Part shown: in pieces, positions 19,083 to 27,627 of the stretch
Layout: each line of letters starts with the position of its first letter
Numbering within the stretch: position 1 is the first letter of the stretch
Origin: Escherichia phage P762
Reading direction: 5' to 3' (one strand)
DNA: 38,954 nucleotides
Sequence record: MW876471
Notes under the pieces: model-generated
What the model was told of the DNA's origin: nothing
What the model saw: only the letters and a program-made list of their open reading frames with translations
The model's database searches: none
Made by a program: the position numbers and the translations under genes

Positions 19083-19780
19083 TAGAAGTCGTAATCGCCA
19101 CCAGAGTTGGAGTCGTCACCACCTTCGGAATCATCGTCACCGAAGTCATCGTCACCGAAGTCACCATCGGTTGACGCTTTGTAGCCCGTACCGAGGTCTT
19201 CATCATCACCCCAGCCACCATCTCCACCAGCACCATCACCTTTCCATTCCTTCAGTTCTACCAGAAGGCAGGACTCAAGCTGGAGCTTAACGCTTGCACC
19301 AGTCGCAGCGTTCCACTTGAACGGCAGGACTTTAAACTTGACCTTCAGTTTGGAGCCAGCGCCAATATTCGGGACGTCACGGATTAACTTAGCATCGGTG
19401 TCGTAGAACCGTAATACGATAGGCTCAGATTTACCATCCTTCAGGTAAGACGCGAAGCATTTAAACTTCAGGGTAACAGTACCGTCACCATTCTCAATCC
19501 ACGGCATGTCGCCTTCTCGTGGTTCAATAGGCTTCTTGCCACGCTGAACCTGAGGTGGGTTCTTCTCGTGGTCTGCGAGTGCTTTCGCATACGCATCGTC
19601 GTGAATCTTCTGTAAGACATCAATCATCTTACGGACCTTCGGGTTGCTCAGGTCGAATGTCAGGTTGACTTTGTGTTCACCACGCTCGTTGAACTTGGTG
19701 TCTGCTTTGTTCAGCCATGCGTAAGGCTCAACGATACCAGCTACCGGAGTGGTGAAAGTCTTCAGTTGCTCTTTAGCCAT
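19082..19780 (-). CDS. gp2.5: single-stranded DNA-binding protein gp2.5
   Basis: 232 aa as T7 gp2.5; RGKKP..P.EGDMP, NGDGT.T.KFKC.AS, GASVKLQLES..LVEL, acidic C-terminal tail ending DF. Confidence 0.95.
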   Translation of the reverse strand: MAKEQLKTFTTPVAGIVEPYAWLNKADTKFNERGEHKVNLTFDLSNPKVRKMIDVLQKIHDDAYAKALADHEKNPPQVQRGKKPIEPREGDMPWIENGDGTVTLKFKCFASYLKDGKSEPIVLRFYDTDAKLIRDVPNIGAGSKLKVKFKVLPFKWNAATGASVKLQLESCLLVELKEWKGDGAGGDGGWGDDEDLGTGYKASTDGDFGDDDFGDDDSEGGDDSNSGGDYDF

Positions 19781-19819
19781 CGGTGTAAATCTCCTATTTT
19801 AAAGTTACGAACTGGACGT

Positions 19820-19842
19820 CTGTCCTACAGTGATAGTTTAGG
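19820..19842 (-). promoter_or_regulatory. phage RNAP promoter (phi2.5 position)
   Basis: plus-strand tgtcctacagtgatagtttag (one change, ctacag for ctatag). Confidence 0.65.
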
Positions 19843-19995
19843 TCTCAGGACGAATCCGACCGACCACAAAACCAGCGTCCTCATACTCTTGGGACTTCAG
19901 GGTAGCCTCTTCAAGAGACTTTGCGTACACCGGAACCTCGAAGGACTGAACGCGACCCTCAAGCTCCACGATGTATTTCTTTTCTTCAAGGCTCA
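19838..19995 (-). CDS. gp2: gp2-like host RNA polymerase inhibitor
   Basis: 52 aa from internal ATG with GGAAGGAG SD; [14 protein letters not shown]...GFVVGRIRP resembles T7 gp2 (SFEVPIYAETLDEA...GFEVTRVRP). Confidence 0.8.
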
Positions 19996-20074
19996 TAGAC
20001 CTTTCTCCTTCCACATATGGTACATGGACAGGTAGTCCACATTCCCGGTTGAGACCCACTGTCTAAAGCACCAG

Positions 20075-20410
20075 CTACTTGGAGTCATAGCACTTGCCTT
20101 TATGCAGGTCGAACAGCTCCTGATAGAAAGCTGCTTTGTTCAGGTCCTTCTCCATAGTCGCCAGCTCTGACTTCTTACCAGCTCGGAGTCGATACTTCAG
20201 GACGTTACCCATGCAGAAACCACGGAACTCACTGACAGTCATGGACCGGGCGATAATCTCAATGGATTCCACACCGTCAAAGACCTGATAGTGGGACGGC
20301 TTGCGTACACCATCGTCTTCGCTGCCCTTCCGCAGTACACTAGGCACTGCACCACAGTCACAAGACCCGAAGCTCAGGACCGAGCGGCACCACTCCTTGT
20401 GTTTAGTCAT
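20075..20410 (-). CDS. gene 1.7-position protein, possibly DUF3310-like
   Basis: 111 aa with KPSHY...NVLKYRLRAGKK motif; shorter than T7 gp1.7 (196 aa). Confidence 0.6.
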   Translation of the reverse strand: MTKHKEWCRSVLSFGSCDCGAVPSVLRKGSEDDGVRKPSHYQVFDGVESIEIIARSMTVSEFRGFCMGNVLKYRLRAGKKSELATMEKDLNKAAFYQELFDLHKGKCYDSK

Positions 20411-20663
20411 TGAATACCTCCTTCACGAACTCAACGAACAGACGAACGCGAGGCCACTTGGTGTAGACCACAGGTACGTTGGTCTCGTGCTTCTGTCGAG
20501 CCTCTTCAGCTTTGCCAGGAGTAATGAGGGCGAAGACAGTAGGTGACAGCTTAACGGCCTTCCCGAAGTAGCCCAGCTTCTCGTTGCGCTTAATGCAAGC
20601 GAACGGGTTGTGAGACAGGTGGAATGTACTGGTATAACGGTTGAACATTAAGTTCTTAAACAT
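20403..20663 (-). CDS. gene 1.6-position protein
   Basis: 86-aa ORF downstream of a phage promoter, size as T7 gp1.6 (88 aa). Confidence 0.6.
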   Translation of the reverse strand: MFKNLMFNRYTSTFHLSHNPFACIKRNEKLGYFGKAVKLSPTVFALITPGKAEEARQKHETNVPVVYTKWPRVRLFVEFVKEVFND

Positions 20664-20691
20664 GGTCGGCCTCCTTAGGTCGAAGTTATGG

Positions 20692-20714
20692 TTGTCCTAT
20701 AGTGATAGCTTAGG
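20692..20714 (-). promoter_or_regulatory. phage RNAP promoter (phi1.5/1.6 position)
   Basis: plus-strand ttgtcctatagtgatagcttag. Confidence 0.75.
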
Positions 20715-20749
20715 GTCATGCTGGTGGCACAGACGATAGCTTTCAGCAC

Positions 20750-20786
20750 AAGCAAAGAAACCCAGCAGTCCGAAGACCACTGGGTT
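20750..20786 (-). terminator. rho-independent terminator after the ligase gene (TE-like early terminator)
   Basis: minus-strand CCCAGTGGTC-TTCG-GACTGCTGGG hairpin followed by TTTCTTTGCTTG; same position as T7 TE after gene 1.3. Confidence 0.65.
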
Positions 20787-20795
20787 GACATTTAG

Positions 20796-21836
20796 TTAAC
20801 TCTTAACGGTTGGATTGTCTTCCGTCCCGCGCCAGCACTTGAAGCTAGGGTGACGAAGGGAACCATCAGGGAAGCGCTCCATGAATAGGACCTCACACTG
20901 CCATCCTTCATAGGCGTGGTTGTCACCGTTTAGCTCCTGAGTCTTAACAGCTAGTGTGAACTCGTCCTTCTGTTCTTCAGTCAGACCGCAGGCGTTAACC
21001 ACCATGCCATCCTCAAGCAGAACCTCGAAGCCGATGACCTTACCTTCGTTAGCCTTACCCGGAGCCCCCCACACGAGGCCACACACTGTCCCGTCGATGG
21101 TCTCCTCAGGCTTCATCTTCCACATGCCTGACTTCTTGCCACGCTTGTATTTACCAAGTGGGTCCTTGACTACCAGACCCTCATGTCCTTCCAGACGCTT
21201 CTGTTCGTACAGGGAGTTGAGCGACTCAAGGTCATAGACCGTGTGTGACTCAGACAGAACCCAGTCGATTTCCGGGAAGTATTTCTGGAGGAGGGGGACG
21301 ATAGCTTCTGCCTTCAGGCGTGTGACGCTATGGATAGGACCTTCGGCTTTCGGGTCTGCTATGGTTGTCATGTCGATGACACCGTAAACCACAACCTGAA
21401 GTCGTGACCGGGCGACCCAGAACTGGACCTTCTTGCCACGGCCCGGATAGCATTCAGCGAACTCCTCGTTGTTAGGCTTCAGCCACTTCGTTCGGATGAG
21501 ACCTGAGGAGGTGTTGAAGTCTACACCTTTGACCATGACCTCGCCATCAATCATTAGGCCGATACCTTCATAGCCAGCTTGACGAAGGAACCACCGCCAG
21601 TCAGCCTGAGTCCACGCATTGCCCAACTCAGAGTTCATCCACTCAAGTGCTGGCAGTGGTTTAGACTCACGGCTTAACCAATAAGTCTCACCCTCTCGCA
21701 GCACCGGAAGGTTCAACCGCACACCGTCATACTTCACTTCAGCTTCCAGCGACCCGGCTGCTGCCAGTGCTTTCGTAACGCCAGACTCAGAGTAATCTAC
21801 AGCGCGGTGCGGGTTGGTCTTGAGAGTAGTAGTCAT
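20796..21836 (-). CDS. gp1.3: ATP-dependent DNA ligase gp1.3
   Basis: 346 aa; catalytic-lysine motif KYDGVR, MVKGVDFNTSSGLIRTKW, QKRLEGHEGLVVKDP, YKRGKKSGMWKMKPE, NEGKVIGFEVLLE, PDGSLRHPSF, RGTEDNP blocks match T7 ligase. Confidence 0.97.
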   Translation of the reverse strand: MTTTLKTNPHRAVDYSESGVTKALAAAGSLEAEVKYDGVRLNLPVLREGETYWLSRESKPLPALEWMNSELGNAWTQADWRWFLRQAGYEGIGLMIDGEVMVKGVDFNTSSGLIRTKWLKPNNEEFAECYPGRGKKVQFWVARSRLQVVVYGVIDMTTIADPKAEGPIHSVTRLKAEAIVPLLQKYFPEIDWVLSESHTVYDLESLNSLYEQKRLEGHEGLVVKDPLGKYKRGKKSGMWKMKPEETIDGTVCGLVWGAPGKANEGKVIGFEVLLEDGMVVNACGLTEEQKDEFTLAVKTQELNGDNHAYEGWQCEVLFMERFPDGSLRHPSFKCWRGTEDNPTVKS

Positions 21837-22087
21837 TATTTCCAGCTCCTATAGTCATGTAGTTGCCGCAAGCACCATTGCTCACAGCTAAAGATTTCAT
21901 CTTCGGTAAATTCGCGGGAGACCAGAATCCTCCAACCGTCTGCTTCAATGATGTGGACCAGCGTTGTGCGTGAGCGCGGCAGTTCATCCATTCGGACCTC
22001 AAGTCCCGCCTCACTCATCTCGCGGTGAGTCCGTCCTAACGCTGACCACTGGCTCGGGGATGCATCAAATAACCAACGTTTACTCAT
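21836..22087 (-). CDS. gp1.2-position protein (dGTPase-inhibitor family in T7)
   Basis: 83 aa vs 85 aa in T7, same position; only weak similarity (ends ..YRSWK vs ..LKDWK). Confidence 0.6.
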   Translation of the reverse strand: MSKRWLFDASPSQWSALGRTHREMSEAGLEVRMDELPRSRTTLVHIIEADGWRILVSREFTEDEIFSCEQWCLRQLHDYRSWK

Positions 22088-22090
22088 GGC

Positions 22091-22270
22091 TTACACTCCT
22101 ACGAAGTATTTCTCTTGGTTGACCAGAGAGTCTTTACCCTCAGCGTTTCGGAAAGCGCCCTTGACACCACCGCCACGCTTGGTCTTGTTCAGCTTGCGTC
22201 CCTTCGGAATGTAATCTTCAGTCTGCTGACGTTCACGAATGCGCTCGAAGTTGATAGTGTTCTGATACAT
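22091..22270 (-). CDS. gp1.1: gp1.1-like small basic protein
   Basis: 59-aa ORF (below track cut-off) with KGRKLNKTKR block identical to T7 gp1.1. Confidence 0.65.
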   Translation of the reverse strand: MYQNTINFERIRERQQTEDYIPKGRKLNKTKRGGGVKGAFRNAEGKDSLVNQEKYFVGV

Positions 22271-22300
22271 GTGGTAGCTCCAGTTGTTTAGGTTATAGGG

Positions 22301-22345
22301 TTAATCATGAAGGCCACGACTTTGAGTCATGACCTTGAGTCTAAT
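22301..22345 (-). promoter_or_regulatory. conserved hairpin, candidate RNase III site (R1.1 position)
   Basis: RNA UUAGACUCAAGGUCAUGA-loop-GUGGCCUUCAUGAUUAA; same stem as the 15305 and 31831 sites. Confidence 0.5.
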
Positions 22346-22364
22346 CCTATAGTGATAGTTTAGG
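22342..22364 (-). promoter_or_regulatory. phage RNAP promoter (phi1.1 position)
   Basis: plus-strand aatcctatagtgatagtttag. Confidence 0.75.
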
Positions 22365-22826
22365 GTATAACCGTTGTCTGTTGCGGAAGACTTGGTTTAT
22401 ACGTTCCTGTTCAGCCTCCTCACCATAGACCTTAACCAGCTCGTAGTCATACTGGATGCGACCGTCGATGTCGCTAAGTCGATACTCAAAGTCTTTCTGA
22501 GACCCGTCTACGTGGTGCTGGTGGATGGTCAGTGTGCGTTCAGTCTTCGAGATGGTGAAGTGCTTAACGTTCTTCCCGCAGCTACCCGGCCCGGTCTTGA
22601 ACTCAGTCGGTTGGTATAGACCGTTGAACAGTGCCCAGAACTTGATGCCAACCATACGCTTGACAGTTACAGCCGGTGGTGGCGTTAGGCGCTTACGCTC
22701 TGATTCAGCAAGTTTAACCTTCAGTCTCTCGTTGTCTTTATCCCGTACCGTTACGACTCGCTCCAAGTATGCCACCTTCATGTTCAACTCTTTGATTTGC
22801 GCTTTAAGTTTTGACTTACCGAACAT
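22347..22826 (-). CDS. hypothetical protein (159 aa), N-terminal coiled coil plus beta-rich C-terminal domain
   Basis: ORF with GAGG SD between RNAP and gene 1.1; no T7 counterpart. Confidence 0.7.
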   Translation of the reverse strand: MFGKSKLKAQIKELNMKVAYLERVVTVRDKDNERLKVKLAESERKRLTPPPAVTVKRMVGIKFWALFNGLYQPTEFKTGPGSCGKNVKHFTISKTERTLTIHQHHVDGSQKDFEYRLSDIDGRIQYDYELVKVYGEEAEQERINQVFRNRQRLYPKLSL

Positions 22827-22904
22827 AGGGTTAACCTCTTCTGCGTTGGATTAAAGTGAATACTGCGAGTGCTCCCAGCCACAGGGCCAGTAACTGTAGG
22901 TATG

Positions 22905-23120
22905 TCATTTGGTCTGCTCCAGCTTGGACACTACGTCTTTCAGGTATTTCTCGTGGCTGGATTCCACAAGATAGACGAGGGTCTTGAATGGGACGTTAAG
23001 CTGTTTTGACATCTCGGTAGGAATGACCGTGGTCTTCACCAGACCCTTGCCGTTATGTTCTGTTACAGTCACGATTTGAGTCCCGCCATTAACGCCAGCC
23101 TGCTTGTGTGCAAATTTCAT
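22905..23120 (-). CDS. hypothetical protein (71 aa) immediately after the RNAP gene
   Basis: AGGAG SD 8 nt upstream of the ATG, just after the RNAP stop. Confidence 0.6.
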   Translation of the reverse strand: MKFAHKQAGVNGGTQIVTVTEHNGKGLVKTTVIPTEMSKQLNVPFKTLVYLVESSHEKYLKDVVSKLEQTK

Positions 23121-23132
23121 AACTCTCTCCTG

Positions 23133-25814
23133 TTAAGCGAATGCAAAGTCTGAAGACAAGATGTCTTCGATATTCAGTTTACCTTTCTTCGGAAGCTCAG
23201 GCAACTTGTCGCGCTGGCTTTCATGAAGCTGGTATTCAAACTGCTCGTAGAAGTCAAGCAGCACATCGTTGTCGCGGTAGGTCTCGACCATTGTCTCACG
23301 GACGCCACGGAACAGATACTCAGCGTCAGCCGGGATGGTCCCGAAGCTATCGTGAATCACTGCGAATGACATCACACCATACTTGTGGTGCGTGTGGACT
23401 ACAGTCTTGCGGAGGTGGCTACCATCTTGTGAGTGGACGAAGTTCGGGCTAATGCCTGACTCCTGCTTGTGCTTGTCCAGCTCTTTCTTCGTGCCTTTGT
23501 TGACTGTAGGCTGAAGGTTGAATGACCCTAAGAACATCAGGTTCAGACGAGTGGTATCCTTCTTGCGGTACTCCTGCCAGACAGGGAAACCATCAGGTGT
23601 GACCCAGTGTACCGGAAGGCAAGGCTTCAGGATTTCTCCAGTCTTCTTGTCTTTCACTTCAGCAGCCAGCAGCTTGGCAGCACCTTGAAGCCACTTCATC
23701 GCGTCAACCGCAGCAACTACGGTCACACTCACAGCTTCCCAAATCATCTTAGCCATGAAGCGGGACGCTTGGCTTGGTTCAGTGAACATAGCGCCAGACC
23801 CTGAGTCAATCGCTGGCATAACGATATCCTCGTAAACTTGGTCTGCGAATCCATACTCTTTCGACCCGTAGGCTAGAGTCATGACCGAACGCTTAGTGAC
23901 CTTGCGTGACATACCGTATGTCAGCCACTGACGGGCCAGCTCTCGTGTTCCCAGCTTGAGACGCTCGGTAATCTCACCAGTCTTCTTGTCCTCGTGAGTC
24001 ACCATCTCGTTGTCCGTACCGTTAACCAGCAGGACTTTAAGCTCCTCCTCAATGCGGTCAGACACAATGCGGTAGATGTCTTGGACCTTACCGGATGGCG
24101 TCAGGTTTACTGCATGTCCACCGATGTGGTCACGAAGCATCGCGCTGAAGTGCTGAATACCAGAGCAGGACCCATCGAACGCTATCGGTAGCGAGCAGGA
24201 GTAAGACAGGCCGTGGTGCATTACGCCAGCATACTCGAAGCAGAACGCGAGGAAACAGAACGGAGAGTCTAACTTGCCCCACCACTCAATACTATCCATC
24301 GGTGCCTTAGCAGTAGCCATAATGTTGTCGTGGTTGTCTTCCACCCACTTGATGCGCTCCTCGAAGGTGACTTTATCGACACCCGCACAGTTTGCACCAT
24401 GGACCTTCAGCCATTTGAAACCATCAGCGCCAATAGGCTTGCCGACTGCCAGAGTCAGGAGACCCTTCTGCATGTCGTTACCTTGAGGGTTAAACATCGG
24501 GACAGCGTAGACACGACCTCGCCAATCCATGTTGTATGGGAACCAGATAGCCTTGAACTGAGAGAACTTGTTCGCTTGGTTAACGATAAAGCTCAGTGAC
24601 AATCTTCGTGACTGTCTGGCCTTCTCGCGGCGATAGATACCAGCAGCAGCTTTCTTCCATGCCTTGAGTTCTTCTTCAGTCTCACCCGCATAATCCTCAG
24701 GCTTCAGTGGTTCCATCTGAGGGATGTCATCAATAGGCGTGTTGTTCAGCTTCTCGACCATGTTCACCACGTCCAGCACCTTCTTGTTCACTTTCCAAGG
24801 CGTATTCTGGATGATGTTAACAGCGTCATAGACTTCAGGCATGTACACGTCTTCGTAACGTGCTACCGCAGACTTAGACCCTAAGCGAATCAGTGGTAAT
24901 GGTCTGCGACCTTTGGCCCAGTACCCACCGCCTACGACACCCGTCCACGGCTTAGGTGGAACGACGCAAGGCTGATAGACCGGTGCAATACCCGCAAGAC
25001 TGAATCCACGTTGTGCCATCTTCTTGACCCAGAAGTCTGACAGGTGGACCATCTCAACGTCAGCCGCTGCATTACCAGCACCGTAACGCTTAAGCTCGAC
25101 CAGTTGTGTAGACTGGATGACAATCTCAAGCATCTTGATGCCAACGTGTACCGCTTCTGTCGGACTCCAAGTTCCCCACGCATCTTCCAGTTGTCCTTGC
25201 TCAAGCATGGATGTCTCAACAGCTTGCATGTAGGCTTTCTTGTAGGATACCCCTGCTCGCTTGTTCAGGTTCTCAGCTATCGCCTTCTTGAAGTGCTCCT
25301 GCTCCTTGTCACGGATGCGACCGAAGCGTATTTCATCCTCAAGTGTGCGACCTATCGCTGAGGCCATAGGTGTAATCGGTATCCCTTCAGGCTTGACCAG
25401 CTTGGATAGGATGACCTTTAGTATGATGACCGCAGCAGACTCGCAAGAGATACGCAGAGAGCGGTCCTTGACGGCCTTCTCTTCAGTGCTCAACATGGTG
25501 AACGCTACGCTTGGACGAGAGGTTGACATCTTCCCGTCTGGACCTTCGTGCCACTCCTTGACGGCTTGCGCAATCTTAGGGACCAGAGTCTGCATCAAAG
25601 GCTTGGCTACCTGATTGTCTGCCAGTTCCCCGCGCTCGGTCTGTCGCTCAAGGTTCTTGATGAAACGTCGCTCGCCTTCAGTGTATGCCTCGTGCTCAAG
25701 CTGAAGCTGTTTGACTGCAAGGTCTTGCCCGTAGTGGTCAGCCAGCAGGTTAAACGGCTCAATGGCGTTCGACACATCAGAGAAGTCGTGTTTGTCAATA
25801 GAGATGACGCTCAT
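23133..25814 (-). CDS. gp1: single-subunit DNA-directed RNA polymerase gp1
   Basis: 893 aa; collinear with T7 RNAP over the whole length (VPPKPWTG, WFPYNMDWRGRVYA, AFCFEYAGV, DGSCSGIQHFSAMLRD, TLAYGSKE, HDSFGT, C-terminal FAFA). Confidence 0.98.
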   Translation of the reverse strand: MSVISIDKHDFSDVSNAIEPFNLLADHYGQDLAVKQLQLEHEAYTEGERRFIKNLERQTERGELADNQVAKPLMQTLVPKIAQAVKEWHEGPDGKMSTSRPSVAFTMLSTEEKAVKDRSLRISCESAAVIILKVILSKLVKPEGIPITPMASAIGRTLEDEIRFGRIRDKEQEHFKKAIAENLNKRAGVSYKKAYMQAVETSMLEQGQLEDAWGTWSPTEAVHVGIKMLEIVIQSTQLVELKRYGAGNAAADVEMVHLSDFWVKKMAQRGFSLAGIAPVYQPCVVPPKPWTGVVGGGYWAKGRRPLPLIRLGSKSAVARYEDVYMPEVYDAVNIIQNTPWKVNKKVLDVVNMVEKLNNTPIDDIPQMEPLKPEDYAGETEEELKAWKKAAAGIYRREKARQSRRLSLSFIVNQANKFSQFKAIWFPYNMDWRGRVYAVPMFNPQGNDMQKGLLTLAVGKPIGADGFKWLKVHGANCAGVDKVTFEERIKWVEDNHDNIMATAKAPMDSIEWWGKLDSPFCFLAFCFEYAGVMHHGLSYSCSLPIAFDGSCSGIQHFSAMLRDHIGGHAVNLTPSGKVQDIYRIVSDRIEEELKVLLVNGTDNEMVTHEDKKTGEITERLKLGTRELARQWLTYGMSRKVTKRSVMTLAYGSKEYGFADQVYEDIVMPAIDSGSGAMFTEPSQASRFMAKMIWEAVSVTVVAAVDAMKWLQGAAKLLAAEVKDKKTGEILKPCLPVHWVTPDGFPVWQEYRKKDTTRLNLMFLGSFNLQPTVNKGTKKELDKHKQESGISPNFVHSQDGSHLRKTVVHTHHKYGVMSFAVIHDSFGTIPADAEYLFRGVRETMVETYRDNDVLLDFYEQFEYQLHESQRDKLPELPKKGKLNIEDILSSDFAFA

Positions 25815-25883
25815 ACTTAAAGTCCTTGTTATTAGTCTTTCACTTAAAGTCTCTTTGGTCTTTCACTTGGAGTCTTAGACCTT

Positions 25884-25906
25884 TAGTCCTATAGTGATAG
25901 TTAAGT
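25884..25906 (-). promoter_or_regulatory. phage RNAP promoter directly upstream of the RNAP gene
   Basis: plus-strand agtcctatagtgatagttaag about 75 nt upstream of the gene 1 ATG. Confidence 0.6.
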
Positions 25907-25911
25907 CAGAA

Positions 25912-26304
25912 TTACTTGCATATCAGTGGGTTAGCGTGCAGATGACTGAAGTCACCGTGAGTCGTGTGCTTGATGGTTGACCGTTGGTCTATCGCCTTCC
26001 AGCCTGAGACCAGAAGTTTACCATCGTCGGTGATTGGTCGTCCACCATACGCCAGCCACATCAGCTCGGACTTATGGCCCTCTGCCATGAGTCGTGCCCG
26101 CAGTACACGGTCGCGCTCCTGCTGTTGACGTGCGGTGTATGACGAGTGGCGATGCACATAATCGGTCTTGTTCCCGGTCTTCTCCCAGTAGTTGCGACCG
26201 CGAGAGTCCGTGCCGACGTACTTCCACTCTACGCCGTTCTTATCAGTGAATGTGCGAAGCGATATGATTGAGTCCATTGCGTGTCCCAGATTTGACATAT
26301 TCAT
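25912..26304 (-). CDS. hypothetical early protein (130 aa) where T7 has the gp0.7 kinase
   Basis: ORF with GGGAG SD; ATG overlaps upstream gene stop (TAATG); no kinase motifs. Confidence 0.7.
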   Translation of the reverse strand: MNMSNLGHAMDSIISLRTFTDKNGVEWKYVGTDSRGRNYWEKTGNKTDYVHRHSSYTARQQQERDRVLRARLMAEGHKSELMWLAYGGRPITDDGKLLVSGWKAIDQRSTIKHTTHGDFSHLHANPLICK

Positions 26305-26501
26305 TACAGTTTGCTCCCAAGTGTTGCTATATCCCAGACGTTCGCTAAGTTACGCGTGAATCGTCCGTTAGGTTGGCGTACAGTCCAGCGACCCAGACTT
26401 ACATGGTTGAATTTGTAGACGTTACGTGCCTTGTTGATGTCTCTCACCAGCACGTAGGCGATAAGTCCATAGCCTAAGATAACCAGAAGTCCCCAGCTCA
26501 T
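26304..26501 (-). CDS. small membrane protein (65 aa, one TM helix)
   Basis: internal ATG (MSWGLLVILGYGLIAYVLV...) used rather than the TTG start of the track ORF at 26606. Confidence 0.55.
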   Translation of the reverse strand: MSWGLLVILGYGLIAYVLVRDINKARNVYKFNHVSLGRWTVRQPNGRFTRNLANVWDIATLGSKL

Positions 26502-26590
26502 TAGAATGACCCTCGCTTGATTGCGTCCAGAAGGCCCCAAGCTATCAGAAAGATGATCGGAGATAAGCACACCCAGTAACCGATATTCAT
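26501..26590 (-). CDS. putative 29-aa hydrophobic peptide
   Basis: MNIGYWVCLSPIIFLIAWGLLDAIKRGSF with AGGAG SD; stop overlaps next ATG. Confidence 0.35.
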   Translation of the reverse strand: MNIGYWVCLSPIIFLIAWGLLDAIKRGSF

Positions 26591-26667
26591 AGTTAACTCC
26601 TATCAATGTAAGTGGTAATCTTTGAGGCCACCTATCAGTTAGATGACCTCTCGTCTATCACTCGCAG

Positions 26668-26793
26668 TTAGTAACCACCTGTCAGCGTTATGGTCAAGCT
26701 CTGGTGATTAGCCACGTAGCAAGCCCCGCGCTTCATCATCTCGTAGCACCCCTCGTAGAACGCCTGTTCACTGCTATAAGTTATCTGGTACAT
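26668..26793 (-). CDS. putative 41-aa early protein
   Basis: MYQITYSSEQAFYEGCYEMMKRGACYVANHQ... with GAGGA SD. Confidence 0.4.
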   Translation of the reverse strand: MYQITYSSEQAFYEGCYEMMKRGACYVANHQSLTITLTGGY

Positions 26794-26794
26794 G

Positions 26795-26941
26795 TTACTT
26801 GTCCTCACTGTCGTGTATGCGCTTGCGGCCCTCGTAGACCGCTTTCAGATGACGCATAGTCGCATCGTGGTTTAACTGCCCGGTCTTGACCATAATCCTG
26901 GCGTTGGTGACGTGGTGCTGGCAGAGACCATAAGTTACCAT
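26795..26941 (-). CDS. putative 48-aa early protein (gene 0.4 position)
   Basis: ATG overlaps ocr stop (ATGA); size and position like T7 gp0.4 but no sequence similarity recognised. Confidence 0.45.
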   Translation of the reverse strand: MVTYGLCQHHVTNARIMVKTGQLNHDATMRHLKAVYEGRKRIHDSEDK

Positions 26942-27273
26942 CACTCGCAGTCCTCTTCAGGCTCGAACCATACCACATCACGGCTATCAGACACATCGTT
27001 ATACAGTGCCTCGTAAATGCGAGCTTGCAGTATGCGCGTTACGTCCTTGGTATCAGGCATCAGCCCAGAGTCTTCGAACTCAATGTCTATACCATCAGCA
27101 GCCATCACCGTGAAAATCTCGTGGTAATAGTGCGGAACCTGACCGTCTACGACCTCATGCAGCGCATCGTGATAATCATCGCCTTCAGTTATTTCGTCGT
27201 ACTGAATGCGATCGTTAAATGCTTCAACAGTTGCAGCCAGCAGCTCATAGTATGCGTTAGCGTTACGTTCCAT
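26941..27273 (-). CDS. ocr: Ocr-like DNA-mimic anti-restriction protein (gene 0.3)
   Basis: acidic 110-aa protein; [41 protein letters not shown] almost identical to T7 Ocr. Confidence 0.93.
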   Translation of the reverse strand: MERNANAYYELLAATVEAFNDRIQYDEITEGDDYHDALHEVVDGQVPHYYHEIFTVMAADGIDIEFEDSGLMPDTKDVTRILQARIYEALYNDVSDSRDVVWFEPEEDCE

Positions 27274-27485
27274 AGTTATATCCTCTCAGTTGTTAGTGAC
27301 TATCAGTCAGGGCCTTCAGTCGCTCAAGTCAAGCCCGTCTCGCGGTAGACTCAAAGACCCTGTAGTTAGTCGCTATCGGCGCACATTAAGAGTTTATCCA
27401 GATTGTTAAAGAGCATTCGCGTTGGCTGTCGTCGCCGTGCTATCCCGTTTCAGTGTTGGGACTCACCGTTGTTTCAATGTGGTAC

Positions 27486-27515
27486 AGCTTACATCTTATC
27501 TTTACCGCTTGTCAA
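27486..27515 (-). promoter_or_regulatory. host sigma70-type early promoter (T7 A3-like)
   Basis: minus-strand TTGACA-18 nt-TAAGCT followed by GTACCACAT, as in T7 A2/A3. Confidence 0.6.
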
Positions 27516-27627
27516 CTACTTTCCGTCATCTGCCTGTTTTTCGTATGACTTATCAGGCTGTCTACTTGACCGGGATGACCCGGCGTCTTCACTATCCGGT
27601 GGGTGCCGTGTCGTGTTGACGGAAGCT

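Noticed and set aside
23141-25820. Multiple plus- and minus-strand ORFs (60-117 aa) inside the RNAP gene
   Set aside because: Nested within a CDS conserved end to end with T7 RNAP; alternative-frame artefacts of a long gene
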